From the NCBI GenBank assembly GCA_030264375.1, contig JASCQW010000162.1, forward strand, positions 85,217,343 to 85,281,342: DNA of 64,000 nucleotides, read 5' to 3'. A program made the position numbers and the translations under genes. Below the pieces are notes generated by a model. It saw only the letters and a list, made by a program, of their open reading frames with translations. It did not search any database and was not told where the DNA came from. Position 1 is the stretch's first letter; the number at the start of each line of letters is the position of its first letter. Source of the stretch: Carcharhinus longimanus. Lineage: Eukaryota. This document shows positions 24,070-37,890 of the stretch, piece by piece.

Positions 24070-26370
24070 AAGAGTGCCCAAGTCCACATTGAGGATATCC
24101 TCCACCTTGTTGTGTGGCACTATCTAGATGCTACATGAGGTAGCTTTCAACTCAAGGCTGGGCAACCATATGGACCATCAGCAGCAACAGAATTATACTC
24201 AACCATAGTCTCTAACTTCATGATCCAGCATATCCCATTATAGTAAGCATCCTCCGATTCTTATGCAAATACTGACATCTTTACCAGGTGTGAGCATGCA
24301 CGTGTGACATCCTTAGCAGTGTGGGCTTTCATGGGTTTCATCTTATCGTGAGAGACCTGCGTAACTAGCTGCCTCCAGTTCTGTGTTCATGCTGTATTGT
24401 ATTTCAGTGTTTTTCTGAGATAATTGAATATCGCTACACGTTCAAGTACCTTTTTGGGGCCAAGTTACCAAATTCCCCATGCTACAATTATCACCAAGCC
24501 AAGGGATCAACCTTGTTTCAATAAAGAGTACAGGAGGGCATGTCAGGAGAAGCATTTAAATATGAGGTGTCAACCTGGTGAAGCCACAACTCAGGGCTAT
24601 TTGTGTGTCAAACATCATAAGCAGCAATGATAGGCAGAGCCAAGTGATCTCACAACCCATGGATCAGAATCAAGTTCTGCAGTCCTGCCACATCCAGCCG
24701 TCAATGGTGATGGAAAATTACACAACTCACTGGAGGAGGCAGCGGTTTCACAAATATTTCCACCCTCAATGATAGGGGAGCCCGTACATCAGTGCAAAAG
24801 GTAAGGCTGATGCATTCGCAGCAATCTTCAACCAGAAGTGCCTCTTCTGGACGTCCCCAGCATCATAGGTGCCAGTCTTCAGCCAATTTAGTTCACTTTA
24901 CAAGATACCAAGAAATGGCTGAAGGCACTGAATACCCAGCATAGTACTGAAGACTTGTGCTCTAGAACTTGCTACACCCCTAGCCAAGCTGTTGCAGTAC
25001 AGCTACAACACTGGCACTTACTTGGCAATGTAGAAAATTACCCAGATCTGTTCTGTATACCAGCAATAGGACACATTCAACCTGGCCACTTATCACCCCC
25101 TCATTCCACACTCAATCATATTGGTAGGTATCATCCATAGCACTTGCTTGACTAGCACCTGCTCAGTTTGGATTCTGCCAGGGTCACACAGCTCTTGACC
25201 TCATTACAGCCTTGCTTCAAAAGGGCTGAACTCCAGGGCTGAGGTGAGAGTGACTGCCCTTGACATCAAGGCATCATTTGATCAAGTGTCAAACTAGACT
25301 CCAAGTAAAACTGGAGCTAATGGGAATCAAGTGGAAACTCTCTACTGGTTGGAATCGTATCAAGCACAAAGGAAGTTGGTTGTGCTGGTTGGGTGTCAAT
25401 CTTCTTAGCTCCAGGACACTATTTTAGGAACTCCTCAGGGTCGTGCCCTTGACCCAACCATCTTCAGCTGTTTTATCAGTAACCGTCACCTCCATCATAA
25501 GCCAAGAACTGGGGATGTTCACTGAAGACTGTACCATGCTCAGCACCACTCTCCAGATCCTGAAGCAGACCATATCCAAATACAGCAAGACTTGGACAAT
25601 ATTTAGGCTTGGGCTGACAAGTGGCAACGTTTGTGCCACACTAGGATAATGTAATCATCATCTCCTACAAGAGGGAACCCAATCATTTCCCCTTGACATT
25701 CAGTGGCATTACCATCACTGAATTCCGCATTACCAACATCCTGGGGGGTTACCATTGATCAGAAACTGACTGGACTAGCCATTTATATACACTGTGGCTA
25801 CAAGAGCAGGTCAGAGGTTAGGAGTAACTTGACTCCCCAAAGCCTGCCCACCATCTGCAAGGCACAAGTCAGAAGTATGATAGAAACCACTCCACTTGCC
25901 TGGATGCGTGCAGGTCCTACAACACTCAAGAAGCTTGACACAAACAGGACAAAGCTCAGTAGACATTGCATCCACCACCTTCAACATTTACTGCCTCCAA
26001 CACCAATGCACAGTAGCAGTTGTATACAAAATGCACTGCAGCAACTCACCAAAGCTCCTTTGAAAAAATCTGCCAATCCACAATGTATACGGTCAAGAAG
26101 GACAAGGGCAGCAGATACATGGGAACTCCATCACCTAGAAGTTTCTGTCCAAGATACATACCATCCTAACTTGGCACTATATCACCATTCCCTCACTGTT
26201 GCCAAGTCAAGATCCTACAACTCCTTCCTTAACACTCTGGGTGATCCTACACCATAAGATTGCTGCGGTTCAAGAAAGTCACTCATCAACCCCTTCTCAA
26301 ATGTAATTAGGGATGGGCAATATAAATGCTGGCCTAGCCAGCAACACCCATATCCCATGAAAGAATAAAG
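24070..26370 (+). mobile_element. Old degenerate CR1-clade LINE ORF2 remnant
   Basis: Frameshifted RT motifs LDIKASFDQV, GTPQG..L.PTIFSCFI, MFTED (FADD-like), WADKWQ; 3' end tagggatgggcaa...catatcccatgaaagaataaag. Confidence 0.85.
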
Positions 26371-26869
26371 ACAAGCTTGAAAAATGACTTTGCTAAGCGA
26401 TGGGGAAAAGGAGGATTAATTGGGTAGTTTTTCAAAGAGCCAATACAGGTACAATGGATGGGCTGAATGGCCTCCTCATCCTACAACTCATTGCAAAATA
26501 TCTACAACACAGAAGCATGCCATCAACCCTTATACCTACACGAGCCTCCAGCAACTCTAATCTCTCTTTTTTCCCTGCCTTAATTCAACTCAACTTAAAT
26601 TACTCAAATCCTATTATTCATTACCATATCTTATGTAACAAACAGACCACCGCCACGTTTCCTGCAATCATCTGGCATGGTCCATCTCAAAGCAATTTTC
26701 TGTCTGGTGCATGATGTGGTATTGGATATTTCACCATTGATCCTAAAAGGATTCCTAAATCTTCAAAAACTCAAAACTGGTTTTCACTTCAAATTATGAT
26801 GTGGAGATGCCAACATTGTCCTGGTGTTATGAGACTTCTAACTATGAATTAAGGAGACTTCCAATGCCA

Positions 26870-27390
26870 AGATCATTGTTAGATACACAGTAACTTGAAG
26901 GCAGATGTAAAAGATATCTTGCCCCTACTTCAAAGAAGAGATGAAGAGTTCTTCTCTTTGTCCCAGTAAATATTTGTCCTTTAAGAGTCAAACTGATGTT
27001 CTGGAAACTTGCTGTATGCAAATCTGTTACCTATTTCCTACATTGCTATGATGCACTTAAAAAACACTTAATTGGTTAAGAACATAAGAAATAGGAGCAG
27101 GAGTAGGCCATCTAGCCCTTCGAGCCTGTCCTGCCATTCAATAAGATCATGGCNNNNNNNNNNNNNNNNNNNNNNNNNNNNNNNNNNNNNNNNNNNNNNN
27201 NNNNNNNNNNNNNNNNNNNNNNNNNNNNNNNNNNNNNNNNNNNNNNNNNNNNNCCAATCTACATTCGCCAATTCCGCTCTCATCCTATCATACTCCCCTC
27301 TGTTCAAACCGGTTATAAAGTAGTCTGGTTATAAAGTAGTTTGGGACACCCTGAAGTCATGAAAAGGTACAATTTCAAATCTTTCTTCTG
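26870..27390 (+). mobile_element. SacSINE-like SINE interrupted by a young CR1 (27078-27310, minus strand, gapped)
   Basis: SINE tail is split between acacttaattggtta and ggttataaagtagtttgggac; the insert has the same CR1 3' end as the 23478 copy. Confidence 0.65.
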
Positions 27391-30261
27391 AAGTTTCTAA
27401 TAAAAATTATGATTTAGTTTGCGGTAAATTGCTACCTGTTATGAATGTTGCATCAGATACAAATGCAGCATCCATAACGCATTGTACTCAGTTTACAAGG
27501 TATTATTAGCGTGTTGTGTTCATGCATGTGCTCAGTTGTAACATGTTTATTTTCATGTTCACAATGTTATTTTCAATAGTCATACAACATAAAGTACGTA
27601 CACTGGACAAAGTCAAATCCTCAAACCACAACTCAGTGTGAAGCAGCTTGATCACCCATCGTTTTCCTGACAATTTTCACTAGACCCTATTTTTTAAATA
27701 ACGTGCCATTATATCTGGAGTGTTATACAGAACCTGAGAATTAAAACTAGGAGAATGCAGCAGGGGTGGTAGCGATGTAACATATCTTGTAGAGTTTACT
27801 AGGAGCTTAAAAAGCACAGAAATAGATTTTCACCTATATTAAATTAGCCAGTTAATAGTACATAACTAGTGTTGCTTTGCAAGCTGGTCTAATGAGTCCA
27901 AGATGTAAAACTTTAATGGCATGTCTCTATTTTTAGCAACAGTATAAAACTGTTGTCCACAAGCTATTCTCCTTCCCCATACTTAGTCAAATATGCAATA
28001 TCTTGGAAATAGTATAAATGCAGGTAGCTCTGTTAAGCTTATAGGGAACATGTTAGGAATATCACATTGGCTTGACTCAAAACTCTAAAATAGCAAGTTA
28101 AATAAATAAGCTGTTCTGACCACGTTAACATGAAACGTGGTTTATTGAGGAAAGTTCAAACATGATTGAGGGAATGTGCAGGAATAATCCGCAATTGAAT
28201 TGCTTCTCTTTCACTCCGAAAAAATACCAAATGTGAATGAATCAAAATGAACTTTGAAACCTAGAAGAATGCTGCGTATTGAGGCAGAGAAATAGGACGG
28301 GCCAAGGAATTGGGTAGGGTGTTCATTTCCTGTCGAAAAGGGGAATGAAACATTTGAGAAAGTGATGCAAGAGGCAATGAGAGATTAAAGCAGAAGCTGT
28401 GAATTACTGTGCAGAGAATCAAGAACAGAGTAAAGCTGAAATACTTCCCACCCATAAACGCCTCAAATTCAAGGAAAACAGAAATAAATAACATGCTTTA
28501 CTTGCCACCTACAAGCATGGAACGGGTACACCAAGAAGCCATTCAGCCCACATATGCATCGACTAGTCCCATTTGACTGCCCTTTCCCCATAACCCTGCA
28601 TTCCAAATGTGCAAGTTCTATCAGGGCAATATCGGGGTTGGGGGTTGGGGAGGGCGGTTTCTTTATACTGTGCAGTCTTCCATTAGTGTGGTTTATCCGT
28701 TCAGTGGGGTTCAATGAGGCTCAGAGGTGGGGATGTTATCCATTGCTTGTTAATTCCAATTTTCCTTTTGGACTACCAACAATAATCGATTTAAAGGGAA
28801 TAACAACATTTGTATTAAAAAATATAGTAGTCAGTGAAGGTCTAAAACATTTTGAAAATTCTAATACAGGCACTTAAAGAAAAAAACTTTACAGTATAGC
28901 TCAAAGTAACTTCTTCAATAAAAAAATTATCATTTTTGCTGAAAGTGCAAGGACTTGTTTTAATTTTCAAAAACGAGCACAAACCAAATAAGTCTTTTTT
29001 TTTTTAAAATGGAAGAATTTCAAAAGAACTTTCATGTTACACCAATAAAACTCTTGCACCTCAGTATAAAAACTGAATAGTGTTATCTATTTGACTGTTG
29101 AGTTTCTAACTTATATAACAGCAGAGTCAGAACTCAAAGCCCATCTGAGCCAGAGTTCCAGTTAATGGAATCAAAGAATGGTGCAAATAAAACAGTTGGA
29201 GCTCTTTGCAACATTCAAGGTTAGCTGTTTCAGCCTCCAGTCTAATGAGAGACAGTAGCCCTTCAATTCAGCTCTTTCAGCGTTAAGCAACACACTCTCT
29301 TTAAATGGGCTTTCAATAGTCTGTGGTAAATTTCAGCTCAGGCCAACTTTAGACATTACAAATCACAATTTGACATCTTTGCATGCAATCTCAATAAGTT
29401 CGTCCTTTCCATCGTTCCTGCAACTATACATTCATTCATCGTAATCACAAAAACAACTAGAGTCAACAAGACTGCTCTCTGCCCTGCTTCAGCAGTGTAA
29501 AGATCAGTTTAGCATGCTATTACGTAGTCAGCTGCTGTTTTAAGGTGGCCTGCTTTAAGTCATTCCCACATTAATATTGATAAATGAATGAAAGTCGCAT
29601 TTGCATTTACTGTCAGGGGTGTTGTTTGAAAATCGCTTTGCGCTGAGCCCGAGAGGAACACGTGACTCGATCTGTGCCATTTTAGAGTGACCTTGTGACC
29701 CACCAGCCCAGGTCCTCTTCCTGATGCTCCAATTTGAGGTCTCTCCTGGCTCCCCTGACCTCCTTCCCCACTGCCAAACTCACTGACTCTCCTAGACACT
29801 GGTAACCTTTCAGTTTGCAGCCTTACCTGCCTCCCCCCCAGCTCCATTCCAATTGCTGCTGACCCTTTCTCTCATGGAACCCCCCTCATGCCACCTCTCC
29901 AATTTGCAATTTACTACCTGCAATAAAAAGTTGTTGCTCCTGCATCTCGGGGCCCAACTCCAGAGCCCTTGCTCACCGTGAGGATTCACAAAAGAGGGTT
30001 CAGGAGAAAAGCAGTGAGGAGAGGCAAGGAGTGTGGGGCTTGGTGAGAGGAAGCATCATGGAGCAGGACGAGTAGCAAGCAGGAGGTTTGAGGAGCAGGA
30101 GAGGCAATGAGAAGATAGAAAGAGTTGGCGTATTTCTTAGATTTGTTCAAATTGATTTTATTTTAAATGTTATTTCATTTACTAATATAGCATTGAGGAG
30201 TATTTCAAATTACAGGGCCTAATAGTTCCATGCTTTTCCGATGACAAAAATCACACAGACC

Positions 30262-30690
30262 TGTCTGCTAGATAGGTTGGAGCTGTCCTTCTTGAAGAAA
30301 GATTAAGAGAAGATTTGATAGACATATTCAAAATCATGAGGGATCTGGACAGAGTCGATACGGAGAAGCTGTTCCCATTGATGGAAGGATTGGAAACCAG
30401 ACAACACCGATGTGAAGGTGATTAGCAAAAGAAGCAATCAAGATATAAGGGAGATTTTTTTTAAAACATAGCATGTGGTCAGGACCTGGAATTCACTGTT
30501 TGAGAGAGTGCCATGGAGGTAGATTATATTCTGGCTTTTAAAAAGTAATTGTACACTTAACCTGGCAAATCTTTCTGTCCAGATATGGGAAAAAGACAGG
30601 GGAGTGGGACAAGTCAGCTGGTCATTCAGGGAAGCAGGAAAGACATCATGGGTCAAATGATCCCTTTCTGTGCTGTGACCAATCTATGAT
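30262..30690 (+). mobile_element. CR1 3' fragment
   Basis: gattaagagaagatttgatagacatattcaaaatcatg (RLREDLIDIFKIM) and a ctatgatt tail. Confidence 0.75.
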
Positions 30691-30992
30691 TATCTGGGGA
30701 ATCTCGGACACAGACTGTTAATGACCTGGGTCGCACAGCTCAATGGGAGGAAGTTGCCAAGAGTGACTATTTCTGTCCAGTTTCTGGGAACATTGAGAAT
30801 GTTTGTTTATTTATCAGATCAATGAGGGCATTTTGTTTTGCTGCAGATAGTATTTATGTTTTGTTGATGTTAGAATCTCCCATCTATTCGCGAGTTAACC
30901 CTAACTGGGTGGTGGAAACGGTGGAGGAGTCTTAAATCACGCAATTCCAGAACAGGCTGCAGTGGACAATTGGCAATGGCCACATTCCGTAC

Positions 30993-31121
30993 CTGCAAAC
31001 TTGTGCTTTGATCAGAAAAAGGAGAGCTAAAGAAAGTTGTAACGATGCTCATGACAGTTTCTGTGACGTATCGCTCCAAAACATTGTCAGCATGCTTTCG
31101 GTCACTCGTATTATTGCACAC
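30993..31121 (-). CDS. ITPR1: ITPR1 coding exon (~exon 35)
   Basis: ttccag|GTG TGC ... TTG CAG|gtacgg; [43 protein letters not shown]; 129 nt, phase 0-0. Confidence 0.97.
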
Positions 31122-32094
31122 CTGGAAGAGAAGGGTTTGATTGTTCAGTTATGTCTAGACATCAAATTCAAAGTAAAATTCTGATGCACTTCGTGATTAA
31201 GACTTAAGAATTGCTGTTGATTTGAAAGCGTCACCCTGGGAGAATGAGGGAGGTCTTTATAAACTAATTACTAATATTAAAGGATGGAATTTGAGTGATG
31301 TTTTCCTGGTCTCTCACCATTGTGTTTGTCGGAACTCTGCAGAAATACCAAATACAGCAGTTTGTGCCATTTCTCCAAGTCTCCAACCAAATTCTCACCA
31401 TTATCTCCAACAGGAAATCAGGAAATATGGGAACTCCAAATGCAGTTTGTTCAGATCAATGAGCACAGTCACATCATTTCAACTGCACCATTAAATCTGT
31501 ACCGGCTACAACAGTCATTATTTTAATTCAACCCTCAGCACTTCCGCCAATTCTGGTCCTCATTTCAGAGCAACAATATCAATGATGCAAGAACAGACAG
31601 GTTCAAATCCTATCACTGCAGTTTGAGAATTGGTACTAGTTAAAAGAAATTGGGGATCAAAAGTTGCTCACAGTAAACGTGACCATCAAGTTGACAGACT
31701 GTGATAAAGTTCCACCAGGTTCTCCATCCTTTGGGAAGGAAACCTGCTGCCCTTTATTGTTTTGGCATACATATACCTCCAAACTCTCACCACCATGGGA
31801 GTCTGCTGGCTGCCCTCTGATGTGGACTAGCAAACCATTCAAGTGGGAAATAAATGTTGGCACTGCCAAAGGAGCTCCCATTCCAAAAAAGATAATAAAA
31901 ACAGGTGCCCTTTATATAATTGCTGGGATGGGAAATGCCTTTGGGTCATGTGTGTGCATGTACGCACGCAACTTTTGCCAATCACTACCATTTTGACAGG
32001 ATACCACATATCAGTCTCATGGCTTGCATTCAGTCTACAAGCAGCTTTGGAAGCCTCCCAGTGAACATTATTTGAATATACTCTCCTCTTCAAA

Positions 32095-32412
32095 AGAAGA
32101 ATCCACAGGTTGGGGGAATTCAGAACTAGGGGTCATAGTTTGAGGACAAGGAGTAAACCTTTTAGAACGGAGGTGAGGAGAAATTTCTTCACCCAGAGGG
32201 TGGTGAATGTATAAAATTCACTGCCACAGAATGTAGTTAAGGCCAAAACCTTGTGTGATTTCAAAAAGAAATTAGATATAGCTCTTGGGAATCAAAGGAT
32301 ATGGGAGGAAGGGGGAGATCAGGATATACAATTCAATGATCGGCCATGATTATAATGAACTGTGGAGCAGGCTCAAAGGGCGGAATGGCCTATTCCTGCT
32401 TCTAGTTTCTAT
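32095..32412 (+). mobile_element. CR1 3' fragment
   Basis: actaggggtcatagtttg...aatttcttcacccagagggtggtgaat (TRGH..NFFTQRVVN) and the 3' stem-loop region. Confidence 0.8.
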
Positions 32413-33935
32413 TGTTTCACCAATCCTTGTTGTGTGATTGGTACATTCATGTCAAAGAACATAACAACAAACAACTGAAAACAGGAGACACACTATTGAC
32501 TTGCAGGGTCCTGAAATGTTAAANNNNNNNNNNNNNNNNNNNNNNNNNNNNNNNNNNNNNNNNNNNNNNNNNNNNNNNNNNNNNNNNNNNNNNNNNNNNN
32601 NNNNNNNNNNNNNNNNNNNNNNNGTTAAATTTATTTCCATATCATTGGTCTATTAGCAGTGAGGTGAAAGAGTAAAGTGGTTATAGATTTGGATCTTTTC
32701 TCCTCCTGACACATTTGGATAGTGGAATCTCATCACCACATGGAGCTTTAGGAGGAAACAGCATAGGCAGATATATTTAAGGGGCAGCTGGATAAACACG
32801 TGATCAAGAAACGAATAAAAGTATATCGTGTTAGGTTTGAACGATGAGTGGGAGGAGCTTTGTGTGGGACATCAACAACAGCACAGATCTGTGCTGTCCA
32901 TTCTATGGAATGCTCAGTACAGGACAAGACATCCAGACCCTGAACTGGGACACCTAACTAGACCTGAACAATCACAGGATGCGAGAAATTCGAAGTACTC
33001 TTGTATGATTAACAACAAAATAAGGAGAAAAAAATGGGGCAAGCCAGGGAAGTAAATAAAAGAACACCAGTTGGTAATTAAGTGCAGCTATTCCGGTCCA
33101 AACACGAGACTGATCATTAACTATGTTGTTTTCCCACCAGCTTGTTCAAAAAGGGGCCAACTCTATTCATTTTTCAAACCAGAACTGCAATATTCATAGT
33201 TCCCAGAATGGCCCGTAGTGGAAGCTTCTCAATTCTCCAGCGGGCTACACCGTGCCGCAAAAGGTTATTCTCCAGAGCTCCACTTCTCCCTCCACGAGAG
33301 GGGAGAAATGTTGCAGTACTGAACAGCAAGGTTTTTTTAATACCCTTCTATGTGAATATTATTGAAGTCAGGAAGGGCCAGACCTCGCCTCCCCCACCAG
33401 CCTTACGGGCACTAGATGCGACTGTCCGCGCAGGAGAGCAGTGAGAATGTATTCAGAAGGTGGAAAGCTATCTCAATATGCAGAGGAACTAGCTGACAGT
33501 AAACATTATGTTTAAAGAAACCCTTTGATCAGCCAAAGTGGGACAACCCACAGGTTCTACCACTTGCTTATATTGACTAAGAATGATCAAATTCAGTACA
33601 GTGAGTTTGCTGCATTTCACACTACCTGCGACTTCTAACCATGCATCTGCATCCTGTGGCAGTGCACAAGTTACATCATAATGAAAGACCTGTGGGCTCT
33701 TTCTTCAATCACATGTGCAAAAGGGATTCACTTCTGTCTGAAAGGATCTGCACGGGATGCCTGTGCTTTGGGCCCTGGACTAAAGACATGATTCTGTCAA
33801 ACTTTCAACTCTTGAAAGCCTACATATTTGGATGTTTTAGAGCCAGTGGCTAGATTATCCTGTGCCTCAGCTCAAGAAACTAAAAGACCACCCCATCCCC
33901 AAGAGACACTCACTGACATATAACACCCATTACTC

Positions 33936-34233
33936 AGCGGCACAGTGGTTAGCACGGTTGCCTCACAGTGCCTGGGACCCAGGTTCAATTCTAGCCTTGA
34001 GTGACTGTGTGGAGTTTGCACACTCTCCGTGTCGGCTTAGGTTTCCTCTGGGTGCTCCCGTTTCCTCCCACACTCCAAAGATGTGGGGATTAGGCCATAT
34101 TAAATTGCCCCTTAGTGTCAGGGGGATTAGGAGGGTAAATACATGGGGTTAGGGGGATAAGGCCTGGACGTGATTGTTGTCGGTGCCCTTTTGATGGACT
34201 AAGTGGCTTCCTTCTGCACTGTGGGATTCTATG
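33936..34233 (+). mobile_element. HE1-like SINE
   Basis: HE1 head, core and tail; ends ~100 nt from the GC donor at 34330. Confidence 0.85.
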
Positions 34234-34330
34234 GCTTCTGAAGAGGAGAAACGGGGAGATGAAGCAAGGAGCAGAGAAATCAAGGGGATTCACTGTAGGG
34301 AAGAATAATGATGCCCAATTCAATACTTGC

Positions 34331-34456
34331 CCTGCATATGTCAACTAGAAAGTTCTCAAAAAGCTTCCACATGTGATTGCTTGTGTAAATCTCCTTCATC
34401 TCCACCTCTGTGTCCACGTAGCAATGATTGAGAAAGTTAATGTAGGCAATCTTCAC
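34331..34456 (-). CDS. ITPR1: ITPR1 coding exon (~exon 34), GC donor
   Basis: cactag|GTG AAG ... TGC AGG|gcaagt; [42 protein letters not shown]; 126 nt, phase 0-0. Not in the ORF track. Confidence 0.96.
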
Positions 34457-35369
34457 CTAGTGGAAAAAAAACAGCATGTAATCTCAGCAGCAAAAGCACA
34501 AGATCATTGGGGGTGAGGGTAGCTAATGCCAATTCAACTCAAACACCTAGCTGAGTCATCAAGACAAGGGAAAAAGCTGACAAATGGATGAATGATACAT
34601 TTCCAAATGGAGGGAAAGAGACTTCTTACAACTGGAGGATTCCTCAGGAAAGAACTGCTGAATTTCAGGTTGTAGACCCACTGCTTTCAGTGGACAGTGT
34701 GTCAATGGAGAAGGGCATTCAAAATGAAGGATTTAGTAGATTGGAGAGACGTACATAAACATCTCCATGGAAAGTTAAAAGTTAAAGTTGAAAAGTGAGG
34801 ATGATAATGCTGTTGCTAACCCCTTTATCAAAGCCAGCACTTGTGACATTGTGATTGGAAGCCCATGTTTAGGACAGACTAGAATTTATTCAACTGCAAC
34901 TGAGGAGTTGTAAACTGGACTGGTGTTTTTGGTCATCTGCACTAACGTCAGAACAACATATAAACCTATCGCAGGAGTCAGGCTGTGCTTTCATTGACAG
35001 GAACGGACTGAAATCCTTTTTCCAAAGTTCCCGTGCCTCCATCTATTCAGTTATCCATTTGCACACTTTGAATAAGTTCCCACACTTTCTCATCCCTAAC
35101 ATGCAGCCAACCAGCCATTCAGAATTCCAACTGGATTTTCAAACACGGGCAGCTCTGTTCATTTGGCAATGACTCATGGCTTTGTTCTGATGGTGATTTC
35201 TGCGTCTTTCACTGGGAGGCAATTTGCTATTGATATTGCAATAGCTGGACAAAGTTGGGAGGGGAAATAGGAACTTAGATTATTCATGGCCAATGTTGGC
35301 ACCACAATTCCTATTAGCTTAAATGGATCTCAAAATATCAGATCATTCAAATAACCTGCGCTCTTCCAA

Positions 35370-35495
35370 ATAGATTTTAGATAAAAAATCTATCAGATAA
35401 AATAGGATAGATTAGAGTGATGAGATATATAGGGTAAATTAGATTAGACAGAATGTAGATTAGATATAACAGAGGATAAATAGGTAAGGTGGGTG
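35370..35495. repeat. Degenerate (TAGAT/GATA)n low-complexity tract
   Basis: Repeated tagat/agata words. Confidence 0.6.
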
Positions 35496-35560
35496 GTTTA
35501 TATTTTTTGTTTACAAACTAAGAATATTTCCGATGCAGTTAACCCAGAAAGCACACTCAC

Positions 35561-35812
35561 TTCAGGTATGCAGTCTTCGTGGGTCGATACTCTCACAATG
35601 TCATCCAGGGGTAAGAGGGAGTTGCATTTAATCTCTGTGTAGACATTCTTGCCCTCGGTGCAGACTGCCAGCAGTTCCACCAAGTGAATGTGGTACATGA
35701 GAGGACTGTTCTCATCCATCCGATCACGCTCAGAGCGCATCATCTGTACCAGGGTCTGGAATGAGGCTCGATCATTGTAGAAAATCAGAACATCTTCTCC
35801 AGCATTCACAAG
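35561..35812 (-). CDS. ITPR1: ITPR1 coding exon (~exon 33), includes the Bcl-2 BH4-binding peptide
   Basis: ttgcag|CTT GTG ... CCT GAA|gtgagt; [18 protein letters not shown]...[29 protein letters not shown]; 252 nt, phase 0-0. Confidence 0.98.
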
Positions 35813-37467
35813 CTGCAAAAGTGCAATGGTTCAAATAAGAAAAGGTCATCAACAGTGTATTGCAAACCATGCAAGTAATGGAGCTATGTTAGAAAATATA
35901 ATTAAATGCTGATTAAGGAAGGAACCAAATGGGTTCATTAACATCTGGGGGCGCCCAACCTGATTAATTGAATAGTTCTTGTGTGAAAAATCAGCTTGTG
36001 GTGTCTCTATTCAATTCTATCCAATTGATTGCTCTTCAGGTTGGCATTAAGGCAGCACCACACTGCACCTGGCATGTGTAGGGGGTACTTGGCCAGGTGG
36101 TGTGCAATGCTGCCACCCTGTGGAGAAGTGATCCATTTTACCAACCCTGGCTTCTCTCATCTCAGTGAGTGGACAAGCCAAATAGAAAACTCTAAAATTT
36201 AGGAAGAATATTAATTTTTGATGTGGCCCCTCTTTGCAACGACATTTCCTTCCTCTGCCGGCTCAAACGTGATGAGCAGCTGAGGTATGTTGTGCAGGAA
36301 ACTCAATCCACTACCAAAACGTTTCTCAGATTAAGAAACGTTGGAAAACTCAGCAGCTCTGATAGTGTCCGTGGAGAGAAACACAGTTAGTATTTTGAGT
36401 CTGTGCAACTCTTTTTCAGAACTCCAGTTTTTCAAGCATTTTCTGTTTAAATTCGCAGTATTTGGCTTGTATTTCTCGGAATGAGACTGAATAAGGGCAC
36501 ATAAAGTCCTCCCATAATTCCTTGGCAGAGATTGGACAGCAGGACAGGAGTTTCTCCTTGGATGGTGCGAGTGCTGTGAGAGATGACACAGCTTGCAATT
36601 TTATTTTATATTCAGTCATGCAACCTACGTCAGCTTTCATTGCCCATCCCTAATTGCCCTCAAGAAGTTGGTGGCGAGCTGCCTTCTTATATTGCTGCAG
36701 TCCATGTAGTGTAGGTACACCCACAGTGCTGTTAGAGAGGGAGTTCCAGGATTTTGACTCAGGAGCAGCAAGTGATATATTTCCAAGTCAGGATGGTGAG
36801 TGGCTTGGAGGCGAACTTCCCAAGTGGTTGTGTTTCCAGGTATCTGAATGGTCATGCTATTGGGTTTAGAAGCTGCTCTCCAAGGAGTCTAACTGAATTC
36901 CAAACTGGGAAGTCAGTGCATGGCACCTGACCACCTTAACCGGCTGAGACCTGATGTGCAGGTGCGTTTGCTATACCCATAGTGCTGGATTATAGTTCAG
37001 TCTTCCAAATGCATATTAGAGCCTGCAATTTGCACAACTACTCAAAAATTTTAGAATTTTGTTTAGTCTTTCATGGGATGAGAGCATCGCTGGCAAGACT
37101 GGAATTTGTTGCCCATCCCTAATTGCCCTGAATGGCTGACTAGGCCAGTCAAAAGACAATCACATTGCCTCCAGACTTGAGGCAGAGGTAGGCCAGACTA
37201 GGTAAGGATGGCAGATTTCTCTAAAGGAAGTGGATTTTTTTTTAAAAACAAAAACAAAAACAACAACAACAACTAATATTTGTCATGGTTACCATCACCG
37301 AGATCAGCTTTACACTTGATTCACCAGCTAGCATGATGGAATTTGTACATGTGTTCCCATGGCTTTACCCTTGGCCTTTGGATTACTTGTCCAGAAACAT
37401 CACCATTGTACCAACACACCACCTGCTTTCAAAATGAGACTGGAAACATTCAATCAGCATATCTTAC

Positions 37468-37668
37468 CTCAGCCATCACCATGTCCTGGCACTTCTTGAT
37501 AAACTTCCCTTCAGCCTTCACAATTGTTTGCAGAAACTTAAGATATTGGACATTGCGGCCGTGTGTCTCAATACAGTGGACAAAGTGCTGCACCACACGC
37601 TCGTTTATCTCACTGCAGAGCTGGTAGTTGTTCATGAAGATGTGCTGCATGGTGACTGCCTCTAGAAT
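37468..37668 (-). CDS. ITPR1: ITPR1 coding exon (~exon 32)
   Basis: ttccag|ATT CTA ... GCT GAG|gtaaga; [67 protein letters not shown]; 201 nt, phase 0-0. Confidence 0.98.
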
Positions 37669-37689
37669 CTGGAACAAAAGAGCTTCTTA

Positions 37690-37890
37690 ATTAGGCCTCA
37701 AATTTTCTTTCTGCCACATGGCTGACCAGGAACAAATCCTGCCTGCCACTGGCGAGTGTTGGAAGGATTTGCACATTGATAGTCAACTTGTTTTATGGCA
37801 TCAGGAGCTCACCTTCTGAGGTCATCAAGGCCTGGAATGGGATTTGAACACAAGCTTCTGGCTTGAGTGGCTCCATTGCGCCCAAATACT
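37690..37890 (-). mobile_element. Degenerate tRNA-derived SINE (second copy ~48860-49160, minus strand)
   Basis: B-box reverse complement gggatttgaac / gggacttgaaccc with a shared adjacent ttct(g/a)gct motif in both copies. Confidence 0.5.
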
